IMG/VR virus record: IMGVR_UViG_3300028561_000525 | Reading direction: 5' to 3' (one strand) | Origin: a virus | Lineage: Duplodnaviria; Heunggongvirae; Uroviricota; Caudoviricetes | DNA: 64,000 nucleotides | Shown: positions 8,798-17,892 of the stretch, in pieces | Position numbering within the stretch: position 1 is the first letter of the stretch | Layout: each line of letters starts with the position of its first letter | Translations under genes and position numbers: made by a program | The notes under the pieces: generated by a model | Seen by the model: only the letters and a program-made list of their open reading frames with translations | Databases searched by the model: none | What the model was told of the DNA's origin: nothing

Positions 8798-9025
8798 ATG
8801 AAAGAGAAGGAAAAACTGGAAACTTGTGTTGATGGGTTCTCCAAGGAAATGAAGGAAAAACTGGTAGAAAAGTATGAAGAGGGGTTTGAAGGTTGGGAGA
8901 CAATGCCCAGAGATGAAATCCTGATGAGAATACACTATCACGCCGGCCGTCTACTTCTTGGGTACAATGAAGAAGTAGATGTGGCAAATTTCTGTATGTT
9001 TTTGTGGAGGCAACACAGGAAATGA
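8798..9025 (+). CDS. hypothetical protein (75 aa)
   Basis: RBS GAGGTAATATG. Confidence 0.4.
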   Translation: MKEKEKLETCVDGFSKEMKEKLVEKYEEGFEGWETMPRDEILMRIHYHAGRLLLGYNEEVDVANFCMFLWRQHRK

Positions 9026-9172
9026 TTGTTTGTAAGTGTGGCGGAAGAGTAGAAGTAATAAAACTGGAAAGAGATGGAGAAGCCTACATTCCGGTTTACC
9101 AATGTAAAAAATGTCGAACCACTCTGAAGGCCACAAAAACGAATATAAAAGAAGAAAAAGAGGAGAAGTAAT
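9023..9172 (+). CDS. small CxxC...CxxC zinc-ribbon protein (49 aa)
   Basis: MIVCKCGGRVEVIKLERDGEAYIPVYQCKKCRTTLKA. ATGA overlap. Below the track cutoff. Confidence 0.3.
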
Positions 9173-9270
9173 ATGGAACAGGGAAAAAGTCTGGCCCTCT
9201 GGGCACTATACTGTTTGATTTTTGTGGCTGTTATTGTCGTTGTCGGATATATCTGGAAGCTATTTTCGTA

Positions 9271-9462
9271 ATGAAACTGATTGTGGAACATAAAGGACAA
9301 AAGGTGAGGAAGGAAGTTGATACAGACCTTTCACAGGAGAGGCTTCTGGAAATAATAAGGAATGATGTCTACTGGTCTGTTCAACCTACACCTATCAAGT
9401 GGTTGGCCCTCATCACGAAGGATAAAATCCATCTGAAAATGTGGAGTGATAATAATGTTTGA
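9271..9462 (+). CDS. hypothetical protein (63 aa)
   Basis: ORF in the operon. Confidence 0.35.
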   Translation: MKLIVEHKGQKVRKEVDTDLSQERLLEIIRNDVYWSVQPTPIKWLALITKDKIHLKMWSDNNV

Positions 9463-9841
9463 GGATATACTGAATTACTCGTCAGAAAAAGAAATAGTAT
9501 TTCGTGATTATATTATTGAAGGAGAAATAGTAGACGCAGACCCGAAATATATTTATATTCTGTATCACAACAAGAATGATGGTATAAATTATGTCATAGG
9601 ATATAACGGTGGTATCGGTTATAATTCATCACCAAAATCCAAGAAGGTTCCGTCCATAAAGCCGGGAGACAAGGTAAATATCGTTATCGAAAGAAAAGAA
9701 AACGGACAAGATTGGTTCCAAAATGTTTACAAACGGTGGGAATACTCTTACTGGAAGAGAAGGAAAGAAAAAAATAACCCGATAAAGGAATGGGAAAAAG
9801 CCCTTCGAATGATTTATATTGTTACAGTTGAAACTCGATAG
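9446..9841 (+). CDS. hypothetical protein (131 aa)
   Basis: ORF with a short overlap with the upstream gene. Confidence 0.45.
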   Translation: MIIMFEDILNYSSEKEIVFRDYIIEGEIVDADPKYIYILYHNKNDGINYVIGYNGGIGYNSSPKSKKVPSIKPGDKVNIVIERKENGQDWFQNVYKRWEYSYWKRRKEKNNPIKEWEKALRMIYIVTVETR

Positions 9842-9851
9842 GAGAATGTTT

Positions 9852-10151
9852 ATGCCAAGTGTTTATGATGTGATGATGGAGAAAAAGAAAAAATACAATA
9901 CACTCGATAATACATTTGAAATGTTCCCCGTAGGAACTTCGGTACGAGTAATAACACCTTGCCAGGATTTTCATTTCTTCTATGATGAAACGGGTAAGGT
10001 GATAAGTAATAGTGGTAAATATCTGGGCATTATTGTGGAGTTTGATGAACCGAGGCATTTTACAAATGGACACATCCAAAAGTCATTTGGTTTCCAACCG
10101 GATGATTTGATCGATTTATCTCTGTCAGACGATTTGTTCAAAATATCATAA
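9852..10151 (+). CDS. hypothetical protein with C-terminal LSDDLFKIS (LFEI-tail family)
   Basis: Internal ATG of track ORF 9819-10151, 7 nt after GGAG. Confidence 0.45.
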   Translation: MPSVYDVMMEKKKKYNTLDNTFEMFPVGTSVRVITPCQDFHFFYDETGKVISNSGKYLGIIVEFDEPRHFTNGHIQKSFGFQPDDLIDLSLSDDLFKIS

Positions 10152-10336
10152 AATACGATATTTTTGTCACGAAATCGACCTCTATAACTACTCGTTTTCA
10201 TTGGATTTTTGACTTGGCCCCGTTCTATGAAAACCCCTATATTTTCCGGTGTTTTATTGATTGGCACAGTAGGAAATACAAACCGCCGAAACCCTTGAGA
10301 ACCCTATGTTTCAAGGGTTTGTGTTTATACATATAC

Positions 10337-10368
10337 TTGTTTACTTGTCTGCCGAAATATGGTATAAT
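10337..10368 (+). promoter_or_regulatory. sigma70-type promoter with extended -10 (TGGTATAAT)
   Basis: AAATATGGTATAATA at 10354-10369. This 17-mer-plus-hexamer context recurs at five other sites. Confidence 0.5.
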
Positions 10369-10395
10369 AATACAAATAAAAGTGTGGAGGATATT

Positions 10396-10755
10396 ATGAT
10401 ACTTGACCCCTTGATGCTTCTTGTCACATTTCTTGTTGTCTGGCTTCTCTTTTTGGTTTTTCTCTGTATACGGTGCTGGTGGGTCTACAGGAAATATAGT
10501 ACCTATGGTACGGCCGCACAGGTTTATTTTATCCAGCTGGCCGAAAAAATAAAATCGGCCGATGATATCAAAAATCTTCCTTCGGAAGAAGAACTCGATT
10601 ATGTTTTCCAGAAAGTTTTGTGGAGCTTCAACCGGATGCTCTGGAATATCGGGGTATGGAATATGGAACAGATGGTTTACGATGTCGAGAAATATCGGGA
10701 AGTGATGGAATGGAAAGATTGGCAGGTAAACTGGCATTATGATGAAAATAACTGA
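10396..10755 (+). CDS. membrane protein (N-terminal TM, 119 aa)
   Basis: RBS GGAGGATATTATG. MILDPLMLLVTFLVVWLLFLVFLCI... Confidence 0.45.
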   Translation: MILDPLMLLVTFLVVWLLFLVFLCIRCWWVYRKYSTYGTAAQVYFIQLAEKIKSADDIKNLPSEEELDYVFQKVLWSFNRMLWNIGVWNMEQMVYDVEKYREVMEWKDWQVNWHYDENN

Positions 10756-10883
10756 CAGAAGGGGTTCGTGGACAATTGTTGAGTGGAAGTGCTGTGGAAA
10801 TCTGTGGCAATTGATACTCACACCGAAATTTCCCGACAGGGCGAACTGGAACCCTGTGTGCCCAAATTGTGGAAAGACTATAA

Positions 10884-11093
10884 ATGGAAAAAAGATACCT
10901 GATAAAAGTAGTTAGCTATTCCGAAAGGGGTGCGTGGTATAAAGACAAGATAGGAGAATCTTTTTTTGTAAGAGATTATGCCTACGCTCCCGATGAATAT
11001 TTTGTCCTTCTTCACAGTAGTCACGGTTTTCACAAGAAGGATGTAGAGATTATTCTTGAAAGTACCGTAGATGATAAACTGTTTGAGGTATAA
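10884..11093 (+). CDS. small beta-rich protein, tandem paralog 1 (ends ...VDDKLFEV)
   Basis: KVVSYSERGAWYKDKIGESFFV..., shared with the next paralogs. Confidence 0.5.
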   Translation: MEKRYLIKVVSYSERGAWYKDKIGESFFVRDYAYAPDEYFVLLHSSHGFHKKDVEIILESTVDDKLFEV

Positions 11094-11095
11094 AA

Positions 11096-11305
11096 TTGAA
11101 AGTCAAAATTATAAAGGCGAAAAAAGAGGCCGCTTGGTATGCCGATAAAATCGGTAATGTCTTTGAGGTGAAAGAAGATCCTACCGATCTTCGTTATTAT
11201 GTGAGGGCGGACGGTAGTTATGGCTTTATACGAAAAGAAGATGTTATTCTTATAGGGGAGCTCGCGGACAAATTTGTCCTTGACCCCAAATTATTTGAAA
11301 TATAA
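11096..11305 (+). CDS. tandem paralog 2 (ends ...LDPKLFEI)
   Basis: KIIKAKKEAAWYADKIGNVFEV... Confidence 0.5.
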   Translation: MKVKIIKAKKEAAWYADKIGNVFEVKEDPTDLRYYVRADGSYGFIRKEDVILIGELADKFVLDPKLFEI

Positions 11306-11317
11306 TAGGAGAGGCTT

Positions 11318-11503
11318 ATGAAAAAGAAAGAAAAGAAAGTAAAATATCCCAATACGATGTATGTGGTGAAAGAAGATGATGGTGAAGGATACTATTTTTT
11401 GGCAGATGATGATCCAGATAGTATCGAGGACGGGGAAGTAGCAATTTATCAGCTTGTCGATGTCAAACAGAAGAAAACAACCAGAACTGTATCCTTTCAA
11501 TAG
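11318..11503 (+). CDS. hypothetical acidic protein (61 aa)
   Basis: RBS GGAGAGGCTTATG. Confidence 0.35.
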   Translation: MKKKEKKVKYPNTMYVVKEDDGEGYYFLADDDPDSIEDGEVAIYQLVDVKQKKTTRTVSFQ

Positions 11504-11506
11504 AAA

Positions 11507-11731
11507 GTGATTGAAATGAAAACTGTGAAAACTATCAAACAAGTCCTCCTGGCGGGCCATAATCTTGTGAAAGAGGGGTCAATACTGGATGTTTATGATA
11601 CTCCATACTTCACCAAAGCGGGTGTCAAATACTACGAAATAGTCACATCCGGTAAAAGAAAGTTCATTCTGGCTGAGTTTTGTGTGCCCACGACAAAATA
11701 CTTTCTTGATGAGAGCCTATTTGAGATATGA
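11507..11731 (+). CDS. tandem paralog 3 (ends ...LDESLFEI)
   Basis: Same length class and the same tail. Confidence 0.5.
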   Translation: MIEMKTVKTIKQVLLAGHNLVKEGSILDVYDTPYFTKAGVKYYEIVTSGKRKFILAEFCVPTTKYFLDESLFEI

Positions 11732-11919
11732 AAGGAAAATTACTTATAATTGAAAAGCTCACTCTGGACGGTTATACTTGGAGTATAATTATACGGGATG
11801 ACCTGTATATAAACAACGATGCTACCTTTCCAACTATAAATCATACCAGACGTAATGCAACACAATGGGCAAAGAAATTTGGTGTCAAGATTGTGAAAGA
11901 AGATTGGGCAGTAGATTGA
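11728..11919 (+). CDS. hypothetical protein (63 aa)
   Basis: ATGA overlap. Confidence 0.35.
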   Translation: MKGKLLIIEKLTLDGYTWSIIIRDDLYINNDATFPTINHTRRNATQWAKKFGVKIVKEDWAVD

Positions 11920-11922
11920 GAT

Positions 11923-12147
11923 ATGAGAGTGAAAATTTTTTATCCCGATCTCTGGTATTCTGATTGTATGGGGAAAGTATTCCATGTAAATCCGGAAATC
12001 CTGTTTGATAGATCCGGTGAGGGATGGTATGAGGTTCTTTATAGCGAACAGTCATCACACAAGACATCCAGATTTGTCCGGTGTAATGATTGTGTGCCCT
12101 ATGAAATGTATGATGTCTTTCTGGACAAAGAGTTGTTTGAAATATGA
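11923..12147 (+). CDS. tandem paralog 4 (ends ...LDKELFEI)
   Basis: KIFYPDLWYSDCMGKVFHV... Confidence 0.5.
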   Translation: MRVKIFYPDLWYSDCMGKVFHVNPEILFDRSGEGWYEVLYSEQSSHKTSRFVRCNDCVPYEMYDVFLDKELFEI

Positions 12148-12587
12148 AAACAAAAGAACTTATAAGACAATTGAAAGAAGCAGACCCTTCCGGTAAACTT
12201 GAGTGTGTAGTGGGTAATGTAGACATACACTATGTTGACACAGAGCCGGGATATTATGACGGTTGGTATGAAGTCCTTATCAGGGATGAGAGAGAGGACT
12301 GTTATAATATAATAGGTGCAAGAGTAACAAGGAAAAAAGATAAAGTCCAGATACACACTCTGCCGATTGAATGGGCGTTGATGAATGACCCTGAAATGCA
12401 CATCTATATAGACGATGAAGAAGAAAGATATGTGAAAAGATATGAAAAGTTGAGATTTGAGACAAGAAAAATATACGATGATTTACTACATTTCCTTTGT
12501 GAAAGGATTGTTGTTTATTCAGATTACAGTAGGGGAAAGTGGAAAGTATCACTCCCGTCCAGACGGTCATTGACATACGGGGTATAA
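12144..12587 (+). CDS. hypothetical protein (147 aa)
   Basis: ATGA overlap. Confidence 0.5.
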   Translation: MKTKELIRQLKEADPSGKLECVVGNVDIHYVDTEPGYYDGWYEVLIRDEREDCYNIIGARVTRKKDKVQIHTLPIEWALMNDPEMHIYIDDEEERYVKRYEKLRFETRKIYDDLLHFLCERIVVYSDYSRGKWKVSLPSRRSLTYGV

Positions 12588-12588
12588 G

Positions 12589-13113
12589 ATGGAAGCAGAA
12601 ATTATAACATATAATGGAGAGAACGAGAAAGAAGTAGTTGCTTTCTTTGTGAAGCACGGTAAGAGGATTTTCGACAAACACAAGGAAATTTACCTGAAGA
12701 AGAAGGAAGAAGAAGAGAAAAGGAAAGAAGAAATAAGAAAAAAAGCTGAAGAGGAAATGGAGAAAATCCGGGCCACATTTTCTGAAACCCCAAGTGGGTA
12801 TCTGTTTATGGGAACATCGTCTACCGCCGGCTCCATAGAGTTTTCCGGTACACCGGGCCGTTCACCGTATGAGGGTGATTTCTGTTATTCCTATTATGTT
12901 CAAGAAGAGGTTATACAACCAAAAAATGATTGGAGAATATGGAGAAAGGATTGGAAACCCCCGCAGGAGATAAGGAGAAAATATCTCCGTATTGATTTTT
13001 ACTATGGTGGCTACACCCTGTTTGAGGGTGACAGCCTCCGGGCAGATGAAAATTGTATTTACAAATCAACGATGCCAGATAAGAATATGACCTACAGCAG
13101 GGGGCCGGGATGA
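12589..13113 (+). CDS. hypothetical protein with a K/E-rich coiled segment (174 aa)
   Basis: ...KKKEEEEKRKEEIRKKAEEEMEK... Confidence 0.5.
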   Translation: MEAEIITYNGENEKEVVAFFVKHGKRIFDKHKEIYLKKKEEEEKRKEEIRKKAEEEMEKIRATFSETPSGYLFMGTSSTAGSIEFSGTPGRSPYEGDFCYSYYVQEEVIQPKNDWRIWRKDWKPPQEIRRKYLRIDFYYGGYTLFEGDSLRADENCIYKSTMPDKNMTYSRGPG

Positions 13114-13295
13114 AAAAGAATGAGAAAGTGAAATCAATAGAAGAAAGATGTAGTTGTAAAAAGTTCAAGAAATGGATAAAGATTGAGAATGACGCATGGA
13201 TATTTTTATCTACTCACGATATATGGTATCCCGATGACGGCCCGATAGCCAAATATTGTCCGTTTTGTGGAAAGAAATTGAAGGATCAAATATGA
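13110..13295 (+). CDS. zinc-ribbon protein (61 aa)
   Basis: CSCKKF...CPFCGKK. Confidence 0.4.
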   Translation: MKKNEKVKSIEERCSCKKFKKWIKIENDAWIFLSTHDIWYPDDGPIAKYCPFCGKKLKDQI

Positions 13296-13483
13296 AAGTA
13301 AGAGAATTGGTGGAAGCTTTATCAAAATGTGACCAAGAATGTGAGATTTTCATTTCTGACTATCCCCATTCTGATGTGAGAATAAGTTACAAAATTTACA
13401 GTATAGTTGAAAGGAAATCTGTTTATTCTACTGCTTCATCTATACCAAAAAGTCTGGATATCTGGATAAAAAAAGGAGAATAA
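13292..13483 (+). CDS. hypothetical protein (63 aa)
   Basis: ATGA overlap. Internal start of track ORF 13256-13483. Confidence 0.4.
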   Translation: MKVRELVEALSKCDQECEIFISDYPHSDVRISYKIYSIVERKSVYSTASSIPKSLDIWIKKGE

Positions 13484-13651
13484 TATGAATATGAATGAAT
13501 TTGCAAAAAACATTACATTACTTGAGGGGAAAAAGGTACAAGTCTCCATCGCTCAAGTGAAGGAAATTATCAAACTGACCCTCAAGGCTCTTGCTTTACT
13601 GGAACCAAAAGAAGTCGAGAAAATACTGAAGAAATACAGAAATAAGAAATA

Positions 13652-13846
13652 ATGAAAACACTTCTGAAAAGAGTATGGGCCTTTATTGACCCCGACAGGA
13701 TAGAGATGTACTCTATGCCCGGTGATGGCGCTCATTTCAAGACCAAAAAGGATGCCTTCCGGTTTTTCCTGTTTACATTGTGTCTCATATTCCCTATGGG
13801 ATTGCTGTTATTGTTTTGTTATTTTCTGATAAAGAGGTTTTCCTGA
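13652..13846 (+). CDS. hypothetical protein with a C-terminal TM segment
   Basis: ...FLFTLCLIFPMGLLLLFCYFLIKRFS. Confidence 0.35.
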   Translation: MKTLLKRVWAFIDPDRIEMYSMPGDGAHFKTKKDAFRFFLFTLCLIFPMGLLLLFCYFLIKRFS

Positions 13847-14104
13847 ATGAAAAAGATTGTGTTGTTGATTGTCGTGTTGTTTTTGTGTTCCTGTGGCGAT
13901 AGTGCGCCAGACCTGAAGCCCCAATACAAAGTGGGCGATATTGTCTGTATAAAAATAGACAATAGAAAAGGATTGGTGATGACAGCATCCTGTAGCAGTA
14001 AAGAGTGTTGGTATAAACTCAAATATGTGAGAACTCACGAAAACACGGAAAAATATGATACTGACCTATTTTATGATTACGAGTTGAAAGAGTGTGAAAA
14101 GTAA
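13847..14104 (+). CDS. lipoprotein (85 aa)
   Basis: Signal peptide plus lipobox MKKIVLLIVVLFLCSCGD. Confidence 0.5.
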   Translation: MKKIVLLIVVLFLCSCGDSAPDLKPQYKVGDIVCIKIDNRKGLVMTASCSSKECWYKLKYVRTHENTEKYDTDLFYDYELKECEK

Positions 14105-14535
14105 TGCAGACATTTCTTCCATACAAGAGTTTCAAGAAATCTGCCCGTGTCCTTGACTACAAGAGGCTCGGTAAACAGAGGCTTGAGGCCAAAATCATCA
14201 TTGACATAATAGAGGGTAGGGGTAAAGGTGGATGGAAACATCATCCGGCCGTATTGATGTGGATGGATTATCCCGATGCCCTCAAGGCATATTACAATGT
14301 AATGGTGAAAGAGTGGGTGCACAGAGGCTACAACAATACGATGCCCCTGTATAAAGTGGACACGAAAAAAGTCAGGTGGCCGATATGGTTGGGGCGAAAG
14401 GATTTCCATCATTCACATCAGGTCAACCTTCAATGGAAACATCCTCACCATTACGGTGAATACTGGAACCACAAGAAATATGTGCCCTATGTGTGGCCTG
14501 TAAGAATAAAAACTATAAAGGTGGTAGAACGATGA
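14104..14535 (+). CDS. pyrimidine-dimer DNA glycosylase-like protein (Pyr_excise family, MSMEG-type)
   Basis: MQTFLPYKSFKKSARVLDYKRLGKQRLEAKIII...GWKHHPAVLMWMDYPDALKAYYNVMVKEWVHRGY. This matches the remembered M(R/Q)LWSLHP..LD.K.L...R.EA...L...GYRNHP.L.RF pattern of bacterial/phage PDG-like proteins. Not checked against a database. Confidence 0.4.
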   Translation: MQTFLPYKSFKKSARVLDYKRLGKQRLEAKIIIDIIEGRGKGGWKHHPAVLMWMDYPDALKAYYNVMVKEWVHRGYNNTMPLYKVDTKKVRWPIWLGRKDFHHSHQVNLQWKHPHHYGEYWNHKKYVPYVWPVRIKTIKVVER

Positions 14536-14693
14536 AACTGTTTTTTGTGACATTGGCTGCTATTATACCTTCGTCCATCTGTATTGGTGGTGCTGTGTAT
14601 ATGGCTGTAAATGGTATATCAGGATGGGGATGGTTTCTTTTTGTGGGCATCCTTCTTTTGGGTGTACTCGAATATAGATATACGGAGAAATAA
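14532..14693 (+). CDS. small membrane protein (54 aa)
   Basis: Two predicted TM helices. Overlapping start. Confidence 0.35.
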   Translation: MKLFFVTLAAIIPSSICIGGAVYMAVNGISGWGWFLFVGILLLGVLEYRYTEK

Positions 14694-14694
14694 G

Positions 14695-14886
14695 ATGATA
14701 ACGGAACCGAAAATACCGGAAACAAATAATGTGATTGAATGGATAGTTTGGTATTTCAAGTGGCTCACCTATGTTATCCTGATGATGACTGTTTTACTTG
14801 CTTTATGTTTTCTGACGGTGATAGTTCCGGGCTTCGTACTTGGTACTCTGATAGGATTACCGTTGAGATGGTTGATGTATGGATAA
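14695..14886 (+). CDS. small membrane protein (63 aa)
   Basis: RBS GGAGAAATAAGATG. Hydrophobic core. Confidence 0.35.
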   Translation: MITEPKIPETNNVIEWIVWYFKWLTYVILMMTVLLALCFLTVIVPGFVLGTLIGLPLRWLMYG

Positions 14887-15174
14887 GATAAAAGAATGGT
14901 TTATAGAGATTCTTGCTCTTCTTCTTTTTCCTCTTCTGCCCCTTATGATTTTAATCGGGTTGGATATGGAAGAAGATGATGAGGACGATGTATAATTTAT
15001 AGACGGAGAATAAAATGAAAATAACTTTGAGAGACTTATATGTATTACTTGACTGTGCAAAATTTGTTTTGAGAATACACGGTGAAAACTTGGGGGGATA
15101 CAGCAGGGATGACATCAAGAAAACCGTCGAAAAAATCATAAATGATATGGACATTATCAACTTGGAGATAAAAA

Positions 15175-15579
15175 ATGAATAAGAAATGTATGGGCTGTGG
15201 AATAGACTTGGGTGGAACAGGGGATACGGGTGATTTGTGTGTTTCCTGTAAACCCCTCCGAGCATTTGTCACCCGTGTAGAGTTTGACAAAGTGAAACAC
15301 GAAAGGGATTATCTACAGGAACAGCTCGATAAAATACTGAAGGAGAGAATTACCTTACCGCCAATACTGAGATTTTCCTGTCAGGGATGTTCATTGATTA
15401 AAGAAAATATCGTTTTACAGGAGAAACTTGAGACATTACAACGAAATAGTATCAAGCTCACAAAAATAAGGTACGGTTACTCTTGGTGTATAGAGGCGAG
15501 CCCCGTGGACTACGAGGGATTTACCAACTATGTAAAAGAAATCCTTGATGAGAAAGATAAGGAGAACGAAAATGTATAA
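15175..15579 (+). CDS. N-terminal zinc ribbon plus coiled-coil protein (134 aa)
   Basis: CMGCGIDLGGTGDTGDLCVSCKP. Confidence 0.45.
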   Translation: MNKKCMGCGIDLGGTGDTGDLCVSCKPLRAFVTRVEFDKVKHERDYLQEQLDKILKERITLPPILRFSCQGCSLIKENIVLQEKLETLQRNSIKLTKIRYGYSWCIEASPVDYEGFTNYVKEILDEKDKENENV

Positions 15580-15793
15580 GAGAAAGGGAACAAAAGGAAG
15601 AAAACCCCCGATGAATGTACCACTTTGTCAGAAAAGCCATTCATCCGGTATGGAGATTGTGAAACTTCACAGATACAGGAAACCCCTATTGAAGGGATAC
15701 CAATGTTGTATAGACGAGTATCTGAAAATAGAGGAAAAAGACAGGAAACTGGCGGACAAGATAAGATTGTATGGTGGGGAAGTGAAGAGATGA
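15572..15793 (+). CDS. hypothetical basic protein (74 aa)
   Basis: ATG start with an 8-nt overlap. Its stop overlaps the next ATG (ATGA). Confidence 0.35.
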   Translation: MYKRKGTKGRKPPMNVPLCQKSHSSGMEIVKLHRYRKPLLKGYQCCIDEYLKIEEKDRKLADKIRLYGGEVKR

Positions 15794-16050
15794 GAAGGTA
15801 CAGGGCCACGGTATCCGAATACTGTTCCGGTTACTTCAAGGATTTCTGGTTTTTGAAAAACGCTAAGAACTGGGCGAAATCTCACGCTGGTAATAATCTT
15901 ACGGTTGAGATCGAGGACAGATGGAAAAAGAAAAAACTCATCATCAGGAATTGGTATCCAATTTCCCGAATTTCGGCAATAGGAACATCCATAAGAATAT
16001 CCTTACCAAAAGTCAAGCCGCCGGACAATTATGATGGAGAATGGAAATGA
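15790..16050 (+). CDS. hypothetical protein (86 aa)
   Basis: ATG at 15790 in the ATGA arrangement. The track ORF 15625-16050 begins with TTG, so the first ATG consistent with coupling was chosen. Confidence 0.35.
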   Translation: MRRYRATVSEYCSGYFKDFWFLKNAKNWAKSHAGNNLTVEIEDRWKKKKLIIRNWYPISRISAIGTSIRISLPKVKPPDNYDGEWK

Positions 16051-16370
16051 GTGACCCGAAGTACAAACACATAGGACACATAGAGGACAAACTGGTTGAG
16101 GAGTTATCCGAATTGATAAAGGCGATAATGAAGGCCAGAAGGTTCGGATATTTTGACTATCATCCAAATACACCCGATATTTCCAATCTACAGAAAATAA
16201 TGATGGAGATAGAGGATGTGACGGACAGGATGGAAGAGTATTGGGATTTTCTCTTGGAGAAATACAATGGTGAAAACGAACAAAAGGGTGTCAAAGGTCA
16301 GGATAATAATCGTGACACACGAAAGACAAAAGGTAATCTCATTGAGATTTTCCCCAAGAGAACCACATAA
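16047..16370 (+). CDS. hypothetical protein (107 aa)
   Basis: ATGA overlap. Confidence 0.45.
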   Translation: MSDPKYKHIGHIEDKLVEELSELIKAIMKARRFGYFDYHPNTPDISNLQKIMMEIEDVTDRMEEYWDFLLEKYNGENEQKGVKGQDNNRDTRKTKGNLIEIFPKRTT

Positions 16371-16400
16371 AAAAATACTGAAAGAAGTGGAAACGACATA

Positions 16401-16760
16401 GTGGAAAACTTTTTTGATGTAAGATATCTGAAGATTGAGTGGATTGGTAACCTGAAATTTTATATTTCAGAACAGTCTCACCGTGAGGCGTATTTCGGTC
16501 ACGGTAATAAGGGGGAGTTCTTTCTCTCATCCAACAAGGTATTGTTGTATTCTGCCGCCTTTCCAGAAATATACAGGGATGAGGAAACGGACTTTGGAAG
16601 ATTGGATCTGGTTCTGGCCTGCCGGGGAAGTGACGAGAGGGCCGACCTCAATATCCTGAAACTCCATTCAGAGAAGGAAAAACAGGATTTACTCCAGGCG
16701 GTAAAGGAGTACAATATGAACGGAATGTCATTGGACGAAAAATTGTTCGAAATTCCATAA
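16401..16760 (+). CDS. LFEI-tail family B member (ends ...LDEKLFEIP)
   Basis: GTG start. FFLSSNKVLLYSAAFPEIYRDEETDFG, paralogous to 17538 and 28471. Confidence 0.5.
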   Translation: MENFFDVRYLKIEWIGNLKFYISEQSHREAYFGHGNKGEFFLSSNKVLLYSAAFPEIYRDEETDFGRLDLVLACRGSDERADLNILKLHSEKEKQDLLQAVKEYNMNGMSLDEKLFEIP

Positions 16761-16796
16761 ATATTGTATAGAAACCAATCAGGGGGATCCAACGAT

Positions 16797-17087
16797 ATGA
16801 AAATGAAAAAATACCTTTCGGAAGGGAAAATAGACTACAAGGGTGACGCATTGAAGGATTTACCCTTTTTCCGTTCCCTTACCCACGACGAGAAGGTAAT
16901 AATGATTTTCGCGATAAAGAAAATGGGTGATTATGCCGGTGTCTATCCCGATATGGACACACTACCCTATTTCAACGCGGATTTCGTCCTGTCCTGTGTA
17001 CTTGGCTCCAGAAGGTATCTGAACCCCTCTGGACAGGAGATTGTAGGAAGCCTCATAGACAAATTCGAAGCGGAGGGCATCGTATAA
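16797..17087 (+). CDS. hypothetical protein (96 aa)
   Basis: RBS AGGGGGA. Internal ATG of track ORF 16764-17087. Confidence 0.45.
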   Translation: MKMKKYLSEGKIDYKGDALKDLPFFRSLTHDEKVIMIFAIKKMGDYAGVYPDMDTLPYFNADFVLSCVLGSRRYLNPSGQEIVGSLIDKFEAEGIV

Positions 17088-17515
17088 TGAAACTCAAACA
17101 GTACATAAAAGAGTGGGGGGAGAAAATAATACAGGATCCCTCTGTCAGCGATTTTCTCAAAGTTACAGACAATATAACATGGGGTGACGCTCTGGCCCAA
17201 GCCGTCAAGGAACTCGGCGGTGTCAAGGAAGTCCTCTACCTTGAATATAGTGACGATATGCAGGGTATGATGGATGTTGACCTCGTATTGAGAAACGGAA
17301 AAGTCTTTTCATACAAGTATTATTTCGGTACTTGTTCGGCGTGTGATATGTGGCAGGACAAATTTGGCGATATGGAATACGATGACCAAGTAAAAGCCGT
17401 GACCAAAGCGATGAAAGGCGAGGCTACCATATTCAACAATCTCTCGGACTATAGTAAATGGATACTCATGCTCAAGGGCGGCAGACAAGGCGCCCGAAAG
17501 GTGAGCTGGGAATAA
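17087..17515 (+). CDS. hypothetical protein (142 aa)
   Basis: ATGA overlap. Confidence 0.5.
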   Translation: MKLKQYIKEWGEKIIQDPSVSDFLKVTDNITWGDALAQAVKELGGVKEVLYLEYSDDMQGMMDVDLVLRNGKVFSYKYYFGTCSACDMWQDKFGDMEYDDQVKAVTKAMKGEATIFNNLSDYSKWILMLKGGRQGARKVSWE

Positions 17516-17537
17516 TTCCCAAGAAAAGGTAAACTGT

Positions 17538-17888
17538 ATGGTGAACAAATATATAAGATTGAAATGGTTGACAGACTACTCTTTCGTCATTGAACACCAG
17601 ACAAAGAGGGGAATAAAATTCGGTAAAAAAGATGATTTTTTTCCTTCTTCGAATGGTGTTCTTCTTTATTCTGCCATATTTCCCGCCATCTACAGGAACA
17701 AAGAAACATATTTCGGTTTTTCACCTCTCTGTTTCGCGACTTGGGGAGATGACAAGACACAGGACAATACCGTATTGAAATTGAAGGATGACAAGGAAAA
17801 GAGAATGTTGACGGATGCTATTGACGAATACAACTGGACATTCTGCCCATCAAAATTTATACTGGATGAAAGGCTTTTCAAGGTGTGA
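17538..17888 (+). CDS. LFEI-tail family B member (ends ...LDERLFKV)
   Basis: FFPSSNGVLLYSAIFPAIYRNKETYFG. Confidence 0.5.
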   Translation: MVNKYIRLKWLTDYSFVIEHQTKRGIKFGKKDDFFPSSNGVLLYSAIFPAIYRNKETYFGFSPLCFATWGDDKTQDNTVLKLKDDKEKRMLTDAIDEYNWTFCPSKFILDERLFKV

Positions 17889-17892
17889 TGTT

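Noticed and set aside
8529-8987. 152-aa minus-strand ORF
   Set aside because: Antisense to a run of tightly coupled plus-strand genes. S/L/F-rich low-complexity translation. The same reasoning was applied to 10237-10821(-), 19360-19878(-), 24644-25219(-), 31632-32084(-), 45226-45678(-), 47628-48030(-) and 48121-48546(-).
15625-16050. 141-aa track ORF beginning with TTG
   Set aside because: It relies on a TTG start. It was replaced by the ATG-initiated pair 15572-15793 and 15790-16050, which fits the ATGA overlap pattern.
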